Shown here: positions 21,215 through 32,506 of the stretch, piece after piece
How the letters are laid out: every line of letters starts with the position of its first letter
Position numbering within the stretch: position 1 is the stretch's first letter
NCBI GenBank assembly: GCA_002269645.1
Contig: NIVC01001276.1
Location: 1-39,966 of the forward strand
Source of the DNA: Macrostomum lignano
Lineage: Eukaryota
Reading direction: 5' to 3'
DNA length: 39,966 bases
The notes under the pieces: generated by a model
Databases searched by the model: none
Told to the model about the DNA's origin: nothing
The model's input: the letters and a program-made list of their open reading frames with translations, nothing else
Translations under genes and position numbers: made by a program

Positions 21215-23270
21215 TGCATCGGTTTGCGCGAGCCCGCGAGGGCTAACCGCTGTTAGTGCAAGGGGGGGCTGTTTGGGTGCTGGCTGTCTGGTGGGGTGGT
21301 GGGTGCGTTGGTGCGTGCGCGTGCCTATTTAGGCCGCCACCTTTGTGGCTGCGCGGGGTTGCTCGCGGTTGAATTTTTTTTTTCCTCGCTAATTATAATT
21401 TTTAATCAGTTTAATTCGTTTTAACAAGTCATGAAATAAATACGATCGTCTGAGGGTTGCATCCTCTGGCTTTTCGCTGCCTCGCCATCGCCACACTCGG
21501 TTTGTCTTGTCTTTGCCTCCCCTTCACTAACCTTGTTAAATAGCCGAATTCGGAAAAAAACAACTAAGCGCCATCTCTCCGAACGTTCAAGAACTTCACC
21601 ACGACATTCGGCGTGCACTTTATGCAAATGAGGTGCTGAAAAGAAACCGAAAAGGTAACGCCACGCGCAGACTGCAGGGGTGTTGGGAGTGTTGGCAAGG
21701 ATCATTTTTTCGCTTGGCTGCTGTGCAAATACAGATCCGAGAGTAGACTCAAGCGTCTATAGTGTTTCTTACCGGTGCAGCCGTATCCTTAATATCCTTG
21801 TCTGCATTCTTAACCTGCACCCTTCTTTAACCATATATCCTTCTATCCTGCTTTGAGGACTCAGCGTTTCTTGAGCTGCCAACACCTGAGTTATTATCAA
21901 CGAGACAGAAAAGAAATGACAAGTAAAGATTGGCTATAGAAAATCGTATTCGGCTGAAAGACTGGAGTACCCAAACATTCAGCACTCTCGGCAGCCTTTT
22001 ATGAATATCACATTAGGCTGACCTACAACAGTTGTCGGGCTGGGAAAAGGTGAGTTAGCCAGAAATTGTGAATGGTGAGGCAAGGAGTCAGCGCAGAGCA
22101 GAATGACGGGGAGGTTAAGGCTGAGAAGCGATACGCATGACGAGACTGGCGAGCCCTGCTCAACTCGCCAATAAATCTTGATTGACAGGTTAATCAGCTC
22201 TCAATACACCGTCACGTATATAGTGACTAGGCTGTGTTTGCACCTCAATGCGCGGCGTTAATATAGTCCAATAATACCAGCTGGTCGGTCTTGAAGCGAT
22301 CAGACCTATAGTTGCTATTTTCTGTCGTCTCAAGCCACCGCCAGGGCTAGGCCAGGGCACGCACCGCGAACATGCTCTCCAAGGCCGAAATTTGGCGTGT
22401 GCCACCAACAAGCAACTTTTGCGATGTAAACGAGCTATGCATACGCCTTGTCTTCCACTCCTCAACCACTTCACCACCCACCGCGCCGACTGAGCAGCAG
22501 GGTAGCTCTCGTCAGTTGCAGTTTTTCACCTTCCACATCGATCAGCGACAGAGACAATTCTTTGTATACTCTTATCTGCATGAAGTTTTCCTCTCCGGGC
22601 TTTTATCCTCCACTTTTCTGCTTTGGATATTTCACTGCATTCGCATTGCAAACCAAATTGTCACAATCGTACCTTTCATTAGGTTTTCTGTGTCATAATC
22701 GTGAACTGTTGATTTTTCTCCTAAAACTTTCTGCTAAAGTTTTGTTACATTTTATTTTCTTGGTTTTACAAAAGAAGCCGTTCCCGTTTGGTGTAACCAG
22801 AGCGCGTGAATTGAGTGAGTGAAGGAAGAATCTCAGAGAGAGCGGGTCTACATTGATTCATGTTTAACATCACAACAGATCTATTTATCTATCTAACCAC
22901 CAGAGAGCGTCGTTGTTTCGGACGGTACGAGACGGTCGTAGTCGAGACCGTGCTGTTGCATCAATTCCCGAGACAAGGACTCCGGCGAACCTATTGGCCT
23001 GTCTTAGACCACCTGTTGCGACTCCAGCTAGCAGGCTACTTTTCACAGCCGGTACTGACCCCGTAATACTCGGCGTTTCGTCGACTGCCTTATGACATGC
23101 CAGCGCCACGGATACCCAATTCTACCGATAAATCCCGGCATATAATCTTATATTAGCCTTTTATACTATCATTAGCGTTACTTAGTTTGCAGGGACTTCG
23201 GGTAATTGCCTCAAATCTCAGGCGACAGTCAACTTGCAGCCCGCAAGGAGGCAAGCAGCCATGCCCATTG

Positions 23271-23405
23271 CCCTGACATCTGAGCGCACAAACACAGATA
23301 TGTACGGGGCACATGTTCACGCAGGGTGTACAAGGTACACAGCGGCCCTGACTTACTCATTTTCAGGAATATACGCACGGTGTCTTGGAGATTGGCCTTC
23401 ATGAG
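23271..23405. repeat. Dispersed repeat family copy (CTGAGC...CAGGGTGTAC...TCAGG...GGCC(C/T)TCATG)
   Basis: Aligns by eye with 31657-31785, 33616-33693 and 5363-5847; this copy is more diverged. Confidence 0.55.
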
Positions 23406-24231
23406 CCAGAATTCCCACCAACTCCAGGCAAATTTTCATGCACAAGCCCCAAATTAATATGCGGTCACGCATGGAATCAAACCAATGTAATTTGGCACGA
23501 GAATTACATGCGTCTACCGCTGAGCTACCCCCAGTGCCCCAGCGCAAGTACGAGCTATTTGTTGCAGCTGACAGGCATTAATAAAGAAGAGTGCCACTCT
23601 TTACAACGTTCAGGTAAACAAATCACTGACTGTCATGATAGTGGCTTGAGTCTCGACCTACAAATCTACATGCACACATTGCTCAGTTAAGTTTGTGATA
23701 GCGTTAAGCGGCTTCACCGTTGCTCAGTCATAAGCCGAAGACGACATAATTAATTGGTTCTTTGTACAAAAGCTTCTAAATATAGTTCTAAAGGCTTCAA
23801 ACTCATCAACTAGATTTGCTGCTCTTTCACGGCTTCCCTCTCATTTACCTTCCTCGCAATCTTTCAGATCCCGTGCTCCCAAATCTCTTTTCTGAAACAA
23901 CGTGGATTTAAATCCAGCCTGCGTGCCGGAGAAGCCCTATAGTTAAAAAACAATCATAATTTGCCGGTACAAGCGTAGAAACCAATTCTCGTATCTAATT
24001 TGACAACGAAATAATTCTCTGATAAGTGATCAATCTGAGACTCAATTAGCCCTGGAATCCAGATTTACGCTCGTATACAAATCTTCGGATCAGGCGGTCA
24101 CCATGTCAGTTGCTCTAAGGTTTATGTGAAAATTTGAAAATTCAATGCTGTGATTGATTCAAGTGATGGATGATATTTATACTTTGCTGACCTTATTTTG
24201 TTCTTCTGCTCGACTTTCGAGTTCTTTTCAG

Positions 24232-24910
24232 CTCTAAACAAGCTACTTTTACTCTAGACAAGCTACTCCAACTCTAGACAAGCTACTCCTACTCAAGACA
24301 AGCTAATACTATTCTAGACATGCTAATCCTACTCTAGACAAGCTACTCCAACTCCAGACAAGCTACTCCTACTCTAGACAAGCTACTCCTACTCTAGACA
24401 TGCTACTCCTACTCTAGACAAGCTAATACTATTCTAAACATGCTAATCCTACTCTAGACAAGCTACTTTTACTCTAGACATGCTACTCCTACTCTAGACA
24501 AGCTACTCCTACTCCAGACAAGCTAATACTATTCTAGACATGCTAATCCTACTCTAGACATGCTAATCCTACTCTAGACAAGCTACTTTTACTCTAGACA
24601 AGCTACTCCTACTCTAGACAAGCTACTCCTACTCTAGACATGCTACTCCTACTCTAGACAAGCTACTCCTACTCCAGACAAGCTAATACTATTCTAGACA
24701 TGCTAATCCTACTCTAGACAAGCTACTCCTACTCCAGACAAGCTACTTTTACTCTAGACAAGCTACTCCTACTCTAGACATGCTACTCCAACTCTAGACA
24801 AGCTACTCCTACTCTAGACAAGCTACTCCTACTCTAGACAAGCTACTCCTACTCTAGACAAGCTACTCCTACTCGACACAAGCTACTCTCACTCGATCTA
24901 GACATGCTAC
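24232..24910. repeat. Minisatellite, 20-bp unit AGCTACTCCTACTCTAGACA
   Basis: Direct tandem periodicity with recurring variant units. Confidence 0.97.
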
Positions 24911-25874
24911 AAGCCCTTGCTTCGTTTACAGTTTTCGGGAGTGTATAGCAGATCCGGGACCAATAATTTTGTTTAATTTAGTTTTCTCCCAATTACCACT
25001 AAGGCGACCCAAAACACAGTGCTTTGGCATTCCGCGCACTGATTCGCTCCCAATTCGCCCAATCAACTACGGCAGGCAGAGAAGACGCGCTTATCGGAAC
25101 TGTGGGGGCGAGATGGGGTGGCGGGCGCCACCTGCGATGGAGATGTCGGGATGAGCGCAAGGGATCGCGGCTCAGTCAATAAAATTCCAGTAGGGAGAGC
25201 TTCGCAGTTTCGCTTCTCGCAGCAAGTAAGAAAGCGATCGGAAGACAGGCCGGTCCTGAAAGTTTCAGTGAACTGAAAAATCTTCACGCAGGCAGGCACC
25301 GAAGGAGAGAGAACGAGTACCCTCTTGGAGTCAAGCTGTCCAAAGTAAGTGCGAGAATCAAGTGAGTGAAGCTTGGCATGAGTAAATTCAAGAACTTTTT
25401 GAGAACCTAATCAAGAACTGGCTATGCTCAAACCAGAGACGGTACACCTGCTAAAAAGGTGCTTTGTAGACGATCGAACACACCGACAAATGATGCTATT
25501 CTTAGGATCAATCGCAGCATCCTTGACTGTGAGACAGTAAAGATTAGGAAGATCAATAAAGCACAGGCCACATTCGTTTAGATAACACACGGGAAACTTC
25601 GGAAATCGAACTAAAATTTGTACGTTACGACTCAGGAACCATAGGAACCTACCACCTAGCAAGGAAATTTTAATATCCGCAAAATTTATCGCGCTGTCAC
25701 TATTTAAATTAATCGCCGGCGCATATAGTGAAACGCCTTGTCTATGCAAACGTATGCCAGCTGATTGATGGTGGTCCATCTCTGATTAACTGACTACACA
25801 GGCCTGTCGAAGATAAACGCACGCGGTGTCAATTCATCATTGCTTTTAATATTTCACTCCTCTATTTTCTTAGG

Positions 25875-26614
25875 ATGAAGCCATGGACGACAGCTGCAGT
25901 GTGGGGCCGAGCTCACCTAGCCATTATGCTGCTATTTCTAGCCATCACGTGCGCTTCCGGGGCTGCCTCAGCTTCTGAAGGCGGGGAAGATCAAGAATTC
26001 GATGCTGAGAAGCGAGCCTACGGAAGCATGCCATGGGGAAAGCGAGCCTACGGAAGCATGCCATGGGGAAAGCGAGCCTACGGAAGCATGCCATGGGGAA
26101 AGCGAGCCTACGGAAGCATGCCATGGGGCAAGCGAGCCTACGGAAGCATGCCATGGGGCAAGCGAGCCTACGGAAGCATGCCATGGGGCAAGCGAGCCTA
26201 CGGAAGCATGCCATGGGGAAAGCGAGCCTACGGAAGCATGCCATGGGGAAAGCGAGCCTACGGAAGCATGCCATGGGGCAAGCGAGCCTACGGAAGCATG
26301 CCATGGGGCAAGCGAGCCTACGGAAGCATGCCATGGGGCAAGCGAGCCTACGGAAGCATGCCATGGGGAAGCGAGCCTACGGAAGCATGCCATGGGGAAA
26401 GCGAGCCTACGGAAGCATGCCATGGGGAAAGCGAGCCTACGGAAGCATGCCATGGGGCAAGCGAGCCTACGGAAGCATGCCATGGGGCAAGCGAGCCTAC
26501 GGAAGCATGCCATGGGGAAAGCGAGCCTACGGAAGCATGCCATGGGGAAAGCGAGCCTACGGAAGCATGCCATGGGGAAAGCGAGCCTACGGAAGCATGC
26601 CATGGGGCAGGTGA
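25875..26614 (+). CDS. PWamide neuropeptide precursor: 20 x AYGSMPW-amide (flatworm npp-5-like), with a 1-nt frameshift in unit 12
   Basis: Hydrophobic signal peptide (AHLAIMLLFLAITCASG), acidic spacer, then 30-bp units encoding KR-AYGSMPW-G (dibasic cleavage plus Gly amide donor): 12 units in frame, 8 more after a 29-nt unit near 26369. Acceptor TTCTTAG at 25873; likely 5' UTR donor GTAAGT at 25345. The end is either AGG-TGA or the donor CAG|GTGAGC at 26611. The npp-5 link is from memory of flatworm PWamides. Confidence 0.9.
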
Positions 26615-28485
26615 GCCAACAGACAAAGACGGCCATGTCAAAGACAACCAGAATGAAAAAATCCCAGACTGATATTGCTTCAATCAGTGTACTAGTTAAG
26701 CTGCATAAACCAGCTTACATGAACGTTCGATAAATATATACCATTGCGTGCAGGTTGAAAACAGAAATAAACCAAGTTAAACATCAATGTCCTAGTTGAA
26801 GAAGAGAAACGAGCCCTTCTTCTGCACAAATTCATAAATATATATTTCACTATTGTTCACTCCATTAGTAGCGAATCAGCTCTGATACGAGCGTTTATTG
26901 ATTTAAAAAACTTGTAACCATTAACTTCGATATATTGGAATTTGAAATTCGGATTGAAGCGAAAAAACGTCCTCTGCTGCTGCTATTGGCGCGGCCATTA
27001 ATCGAATTCTAATCTCCGAGCAAGTGCAAGTGTAGAGGGTATTACTTTTTCCTCTGCAGCGGCGCTTAAAGCATCGAAGAGAATCGCTAGCACTGCTGCA
27101 GTGCTCCGGCTAGCCAGATCCGTAGGCGCTAGCGGAACCACTTACAGCCTCTTCCGCAGCCAGATTATTAATTAGATTGCCATACCGGTGAGAAAGGAGC
27201 CCTTGAAGGTGAGGTCTTACTGGGAATTGACGAATCGAATCCCGCGATAGCAACGATGCAAGGTCTAAAGAGAGAAGCTGCAGCCGACAGCTCTGAGATC
27301 TACGCAACGAGAATCACTCTTGACAAGAGAGTATTAGCGGCGGCAAGTAGCGTGGGATTTTCACGCCCCGCAGCGGCACTTATCCCAACCACGCCAACAT
27401 TCGAGGACTATCGCGCGACAGACTTCGTCAAGGCATAAGCAACAATGGTTTCTTATTTATTCATAATATTAACACTTCTCAATAAAAGCCGATGGAATGC
27501 GGTATAAACTTTCTGGAAACCGGGCAGAACCATCGGAATATCATCGGGATTGACTTGGTTTTCGCAAAGACCAAAGCAGAAATGAATGCAATAGCCGGGC
27601 AATCTTACGAATATCTTAGAGAAAAAACAGGCGCACGACCACGCAGGAATTCCAACCAACGAAAAAACGCGATTCAGTCTGGGAAAAGTAATCAACGCAG
27701 TTTGGGACAGAAGGGAACTCACTAATAGACAACTGCTAGCGATATGGATGGAGGAGTTCACGCTATTTTTTTGCATCGTGTGGAAGCTTCGGCTTCACCC
27801 GAAACTGACTGAATAACTGGCTTGAGCAATATATATTTCCATTTTCCATGCAAAGATTGCACTGGCAGGCACACAATCAGCAAGCTGATGGATTCCGCGC
27901 GATCTGTTGGCACAAAGAGATGACCAGATATTGCTTTCGTTGCTGGCTATAACTAGACTGAGCTCAAAGCAATTCCCAAGCGGACGCCAGAGCAGAATGA
28001 AAATAACTACTCTACTATAATTTCGACTACTGTCGGAATGAAGTTATTTACATGTAGTACACGGACAAGAGTGATACAGGAGTTAATATCATCACCTTTT
28101 ATATCTGTGCTTCTGAGCCCTATGTCCTAATGTTGAAACAAGAAATACGAGCTAGAAGAACATAAGCATAAAAAACTTTTCATACGCTCAAGTGTGTCAG
28201 GTTTCAAATGACATATTTCAACCGTGATTAATCACCAACACTTACTTTATTGAACCTAAAAAGCATAAAATTACGCAAAACAATGTTACATTATTTAGCG
28301 AAAATGCAAGCAAAATTACATTAATTAAGTTCCCAATAACAGGTCAGCCACCGGAGCATAGTTCTTTACTGCAAGAAATATTTAACATTTTTTCGTAGAT
28401 TAGTTACAGAAACAACAGGCTGCTAGCAAATAGAAAACAGGCCTTACGGGGAAATAAGATGCCTACTAAGTTTAGAGAGCTGGGA

Positions 28486-29250
28486 GAGGGGTGGTGACGC
28501 TTCCAACTCTAGGATCTTGAGGGGTGGTGACGCTTCCAACTCTAGGATCTTGAGGGGTGGTGACGCTTCCAACTCTAGGATCTTGAGGGGTGGTGACGCT
28601 TCCAACTCTAGGATCTTGAGGGGTGGTGACGCTTCCAACTCTAGGATCTTGAGGGGTGGTGACGCTTCCAACTCTAGGATCTTGAGGGGTGGTGACGCTT
28701 CCAACTCTAGGATCTTGAGGGGTGGTGACGCTTCCAACTCTAGGATCTTGAGGGGTGGTGACGCTTCCAACTCTAGGATCTAGAGGGGTGGTGACGCTTC
28801 CAACTCTAGGATCTTGAGGGGTGGTGACGCTACCAACTCTAGGATCTAGAGGGGTGGTGACGCTTCCAACTCTAGGACTTGAGTGGTGGTGACGCTTCCA
28901 ACTCTAGGAATTGAGTGGTGGTGACGCTTCCAACTCTAGGATCTTGAGGGGTGGTGACGCTTCCAACTCTAGGATCTAGAGGGGTGGTGACGCTACCAAC
29001 TCTAGGATCTTGAGGGGTGGTGACGCTACCAACTCTAGGATCTTGAGGGGTGGTGACGCTACCAACTCTAGGATCTTGAGGGGTGGTGACGCTTCCAACT
29101 CTAGGATCTTGAGGGGTGGTGACGCTACCAACTCTAGGATCTAGAGTGGTGGTGACGCTACCAACTCTAGGATCTTGAGGGGTGGTGACGCTACCAACTC
29201 TAGGATCTTGAGGGGTGGTGACGCTACCAACTCTAGGATCTAGAGGGGTG
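28486..29250. repeat. Minisatellite, 33-bp unit GAGGGGTGGTGACGCTTCCAACTCTAGGATCTT
   Basis: Near-perfect tandem copies (11-aa-period ORFs). Confidence 0.97.
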
Positions 29251-29411
29251 TTAACATCTCGGCACTAACAGGGTACTGTAAGCTGGTTAATATCAAAACA
29301 TTTTTTTATTCGAAACTAGCACGGACTTGCTATGAACAATTGAGATAGAAAAATTGTTGAATTTTGTTATTTCATTCAATCAATAGCAGATCAATAAGGC
29401 TATTTTTCAGA

Positions 29412-29654
29412 TCAGATCCTGTCTAGGCATTCCAGGATGACAACGGAATTGCCGCGCACCACAATCATGCCCATGCGCTGCTGCTGCTGCTGTTGCTGGT
29501 CAGGTCGCAGAATCTCGACAGCCTCGTCAAGCACCACATTCATGAAAGGGTCGAAGCCGCGCAATACGCCGCTAATACGACGTTTGCCGTTGAGCTGGAT
29601 TGAGACGCGCTTATCCAGGTATTTTTTCAGTTCGGGATTTTGGGCTTTGCTCAT
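29412..29654 (-). CDS. SNRPG: Small nuclear ribonucleoprotein G (SmG), single coding exon
   Basis: MSKAQNPELKKYLDK..LNG..GVLRGFDPFMNVVLDE...GMIVVRGNSVVILE matches the SmG Sm1/Sm2 motifs. AATAAA at about 29305-29310 on the minus strand. Confidence 0.95.
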   Translation of the reverse strand: MSKAQNPELKKYLDKRVSIQLNGKRRISGVLRGFDPFMNVVLDEAVEILRPDQQQQQQQRMGMIVVRGNSVVILECLDRI

Positions 29655-29782
29655 GGCTGCCGATGCTGTTGCATGCAGTATTTTTCAAGATTATCAATAG
29701 TTTATTTGAAAAAGTGAGGAACACAAGTCATTCGTTTATGAGAAGTTGTATCAGAATATGGCTTGGAGGTTTGCTCGAATAA

Positions 29783-30615
29783 AACTAGAGGTTCTGGGAG
29801 GGTATCACTGGCATAGAACTAGAGGATCTGGGAGGGTATCACTGGCATAGAACTAGAGGATCTGGGAGGGTATCACTGGCATAGAACTAGAGGATCTGGG
29901 AGGGTATCACTGGCATAGAACTAGAGGATCTGGGAGGGTATCACTGGCATAGAACTAGAGGATCTGGGAGGGTATCACTGGCATAGAACTAGAGGATCTG
30001 GGAGGGTATACTGGCATAGAACTAGAGGATCTGGGAGGGTATACTGGATAGAACTAGAGGATCTGGGAGGGTATACTGGATAGAACTAGAGGATCTGGGA
30101 GGGTATACTGGATAGAACTAGAGGATCTGGGAGGGTATACTGGATAGAACTAAGAGGATCTGGGAGGGTATAGCTGGGATAGAACTAGAGGATCTGGGAG
30201 GGTATAGCTAGGATAGAACTAAGAGGATCTGGGAGGGTATAGCTAGGATAGAACTAAGAGGATCTGGGAGGGTATAGCTAGGATAGAACTAAGAGGATCT
30301 GGGAGGGTATAGCTGGATAGAACTAAGAGGATCTGGGAGGGTATAGCTAGGATAGAACTAAGAGGATCTGGGAGGGTATAGCTGGATAGAACTAAGAGGA
30401 TCTGGGAGGGTATAGCTGGGATAGAACTAAGAGGATCTGGGAGGGTATAGCTAGGATAGAACTAAGAGGATCTGGGAGGGTATAGCTGGGATAGAACTAA
30501 GAGGATCTGGGAGGGTATAGCTGGGATAGAACTAAGAGGATCTGGGAGGGTATAGCTAGGATAGAACTAAGAGGATCTGGGAGGGTATAGCTAGGATAGA
30601 ACTAAGAGGATCTGG
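29783..30615. repeat. Minisatellite, 32-35-bp units (AACTA(A)GAGGATCTGGGAGGGTAT...ATAG) with ordered variants
   Basis: Direct tandem periodicity; unit length changes stepwise along the array. Confidence 0.97.
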
Positions 30616-30885
30616 AGCATTGATTAAATATTACAACTAAACGCTCTAGCACGGTGCTGGTACAGACAACATGGTAAGGTAGCCAATATGCATAAAAATA
30701 ATACGATTATGCTGAAGCTAGCTTCCAAGAAATGCCTTGTTACTGATTTAATGAAATTACTGAAGAACGAAGTATTTCGCAGATTAAAAAATGCAATAAT
30801 ATGCGATGCGCGTCCATATATTTTATTTTAACGTCAACTAGGCGTCACAAAAGCAAGGCGATCAACTGGGCCTTGGAAACCAGGC

Positions 30886-31486
30886 TTAAGCAAACTCGAA
30901 CTCCGGATCCAACTGCTTCAATCTTTGCAATTTAGCGCGCAATCGGCGCGAACGACCGCGCGCAGCCGCCGCGGAGTCTTTTGTAGAAACGGCAGTCGGC
31001 TGCTCCTTAGCCTTGGGCTGCTTCTTCAGCCGGCCGTCCGACGCAAACGTCAATCGTTTTGGATCCGGCACCACCTTGCACCTGAGCAGCCGGGTGAACA
31101 TTAGGTAATTATCCAGCGTTTCGGCCACCGTCTTGGCAGCTGCCGGTTCGGCCATTTCAACAAAAGCGATGCCTTTGGCGTTGCCGGCTCCGGACTTCGA
31201 GCGGGGCACTCGGACACGGTGAACCCGGCCGAATTGGCTGAGAAATCGGCGAAGCTGCGGCTCGCGCAGGCCGTCGGCAGGTGCGAAATCAGTACGCAGT
31301 GGCCGCCTTGCCGGGCCGGTCTGATTGGCAGGGTGCGCCGGCGCTTCTTACCTGGAGTCGATTTGCCGGTAGCGAGTCGTCGGCTTCCACTTCAGCAGAC
31401 ACCTTTTGCTGTTTCTGGGTCTTCTTTGCCGAAGCAGTAGCAGCAGCAGTCTTGGTTGTTTTACTTTTTGCTGCTTTTGGCGGCAT
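30886..31486 (-). CDS. NIFK: NIFK/MKI67IP (Nop15)-like nucleolar RRM protein, interrupted by two 1-nt deletions in this sequence
   Basis: Lys/Ala-rich N-terminus, then GHCVLISHLP (RNP2), DGLREPQLRRFLSQFGRVHRVRVPRSKSGAGNAKGIAFVE (RNP1) and VAETLDNYLMFTRLLRC, typical of NIFK. The three segments lie in different frames, with shifts at ~31392-31300 and ~31276. Confidence 0.78.
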
Positions 31487-31656
31487 CGCTAATATTTAAT
31501 TTATGATCGAGTTTTATTTAATCTAATAGACGGCTCTTGGTTCTTTTGAGTCTTTGTTTGGCTGAAATCGTTAGACATTGATTTAATAATAATAATTAAT
31601 AATAATAGCGACATCGACTCGCCATAAAGCAGCACTGAGGCAAATCCGCACATTCC

Positions 31657-31785
31657 GCTGAGTCCTGAGCACATACAAGTGCCCCAATACTGTACACAGG
31701 ATCACACAGGGTGTACAGCGGCACTGACTGACTGTCTAATCGTCAGGCATGTACACTCTGTGCCTCGGGGGCTGGCCCTCATGGG
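31657..31785. repeat. Dispersed repeat family copy (most complete copy in the window)
   Basis: GCTGAGTCCTGAGCACA...AATACTGTACACAGG..CACACAGGGTGTACAGCGGC...GTCAGGCATGTAC...GGCCCTCATGGG is shared with three other loci. Confidence 0.65.
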
Positions 31786-32506
31786 CGTGAATCGCACAAT
31801 AACCCTGAATTCACTTAGTTGTAATCACGAATGAAATAATGAAAGTGATAGTAAATAGAAACACAAGACGTACATTGTATTAGTAACATTTACTTTTTCA
31901 GTGTGCAAAAACACGAAATCAGTTAAATCACATTTTAGCATTGACTGAATGGCCGCAATTCACTAGTAGAGGCAGATAGGAAGCTCAAAACGGTTTGTAA
32001 GCAAGACTAATAACACATCAACATGAACGAAAGAAAATGACAATATATAGTTGAAAAAGAGTGATAACTTTCTAGTCTAAAGTTTCCTATAGATTTCCTG
32101 ATTACCAATGCCAATAATTATCCCGAAGGATGCCATCAGATATGGTACTAGCAAAGCCACTATTTTTCCGCCATAGATTCAAACGCCTGCAACATTGCTA
32201 ACTGCACATGACATTTCGTGCTGACATGAAATCTGCCGTTTGAAATATTCTATGTGCAATTACAAACAAACACTTCATAATCCTCTAAAATAGCTTACTA
32301 CATCACTTGCAAAAAATGCGTTCGTCTAATTTCATGAGTAGTAAAGATAGCTTTTTATATTTCTAAATAGGATGGAATACGGGATGGATGTTATAACTTT
32401 TGAACCAATACAGGCACTGTCTTCAAACTTTACAAAATTCAACCAGTTACTGGTAATGAGAAATCACAAAAAATATTTATACTGACTAATTTCTCATTAA
32501 CTGTTT

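Larger units (their letters stand above)
17060..21530 (+). mobile_element. Full-length Ngaro-type (DIRS order) tyrosine-recombinase retrotransposon with split direct repeats
   Basis: Order: A1 (17060-17229), gag, RT/RNase H, YR, B1 (21138-21214), A2 (21211-21380), spacer, B2 (21454-21530). Repeat pairs are identical as read by eye. All three ORFs are uninterrupted. No methyltransferase domain follows RNase H, which favours Ngaro over DIRS1/PAT. Confidence 0.93.
15845..21729. mobile_element. Non-autonomous element with ~240-bp terminal inverted repeats (~1.4 kb), right TIR split by the Ngaro insertion
   Basis: 15845-16086 is the reverse complement of 17041-17063 joined to 21531-21729, with several indels and substitutions. 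No intact ORF in 16087-17040. Outer boundaries and TSD are uncertain. Confidence 0.75.

Noticed and set aside
22200-22520. Minus-strand stretch QISALESMFAVRALA, faintly like a DIRS RNase H helix
   Set aside because: One weak motif, interrupted by stops, with no flanking RT or RNase H motifs.
25945-26733. Alternative-frame and antisense ORFs over the neuropeptide repeat
   Set aside because: By-products of a stop-free 30-bp unit; only the KR-AYGSMPW-G frame has a signal peptide and processing sites.
27256-27725. Possible DEAD-box helicase pseudogene (LDKRVLAAASSVGFSRP; LVFAKTKAE)
   Set aside because: No Walker A, DEAD or SAT motifs in any frame, and the spacing is too short. A translated search would be needed to revive it.
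31321-31351. 31-nt GT-AG intron that would restore the NIFK frame without indels
   Set aside because: That splice discards the RNP2 motif (GHCVLISHLP), which lies in the third frame; two 1-nt deletions explain the data better.
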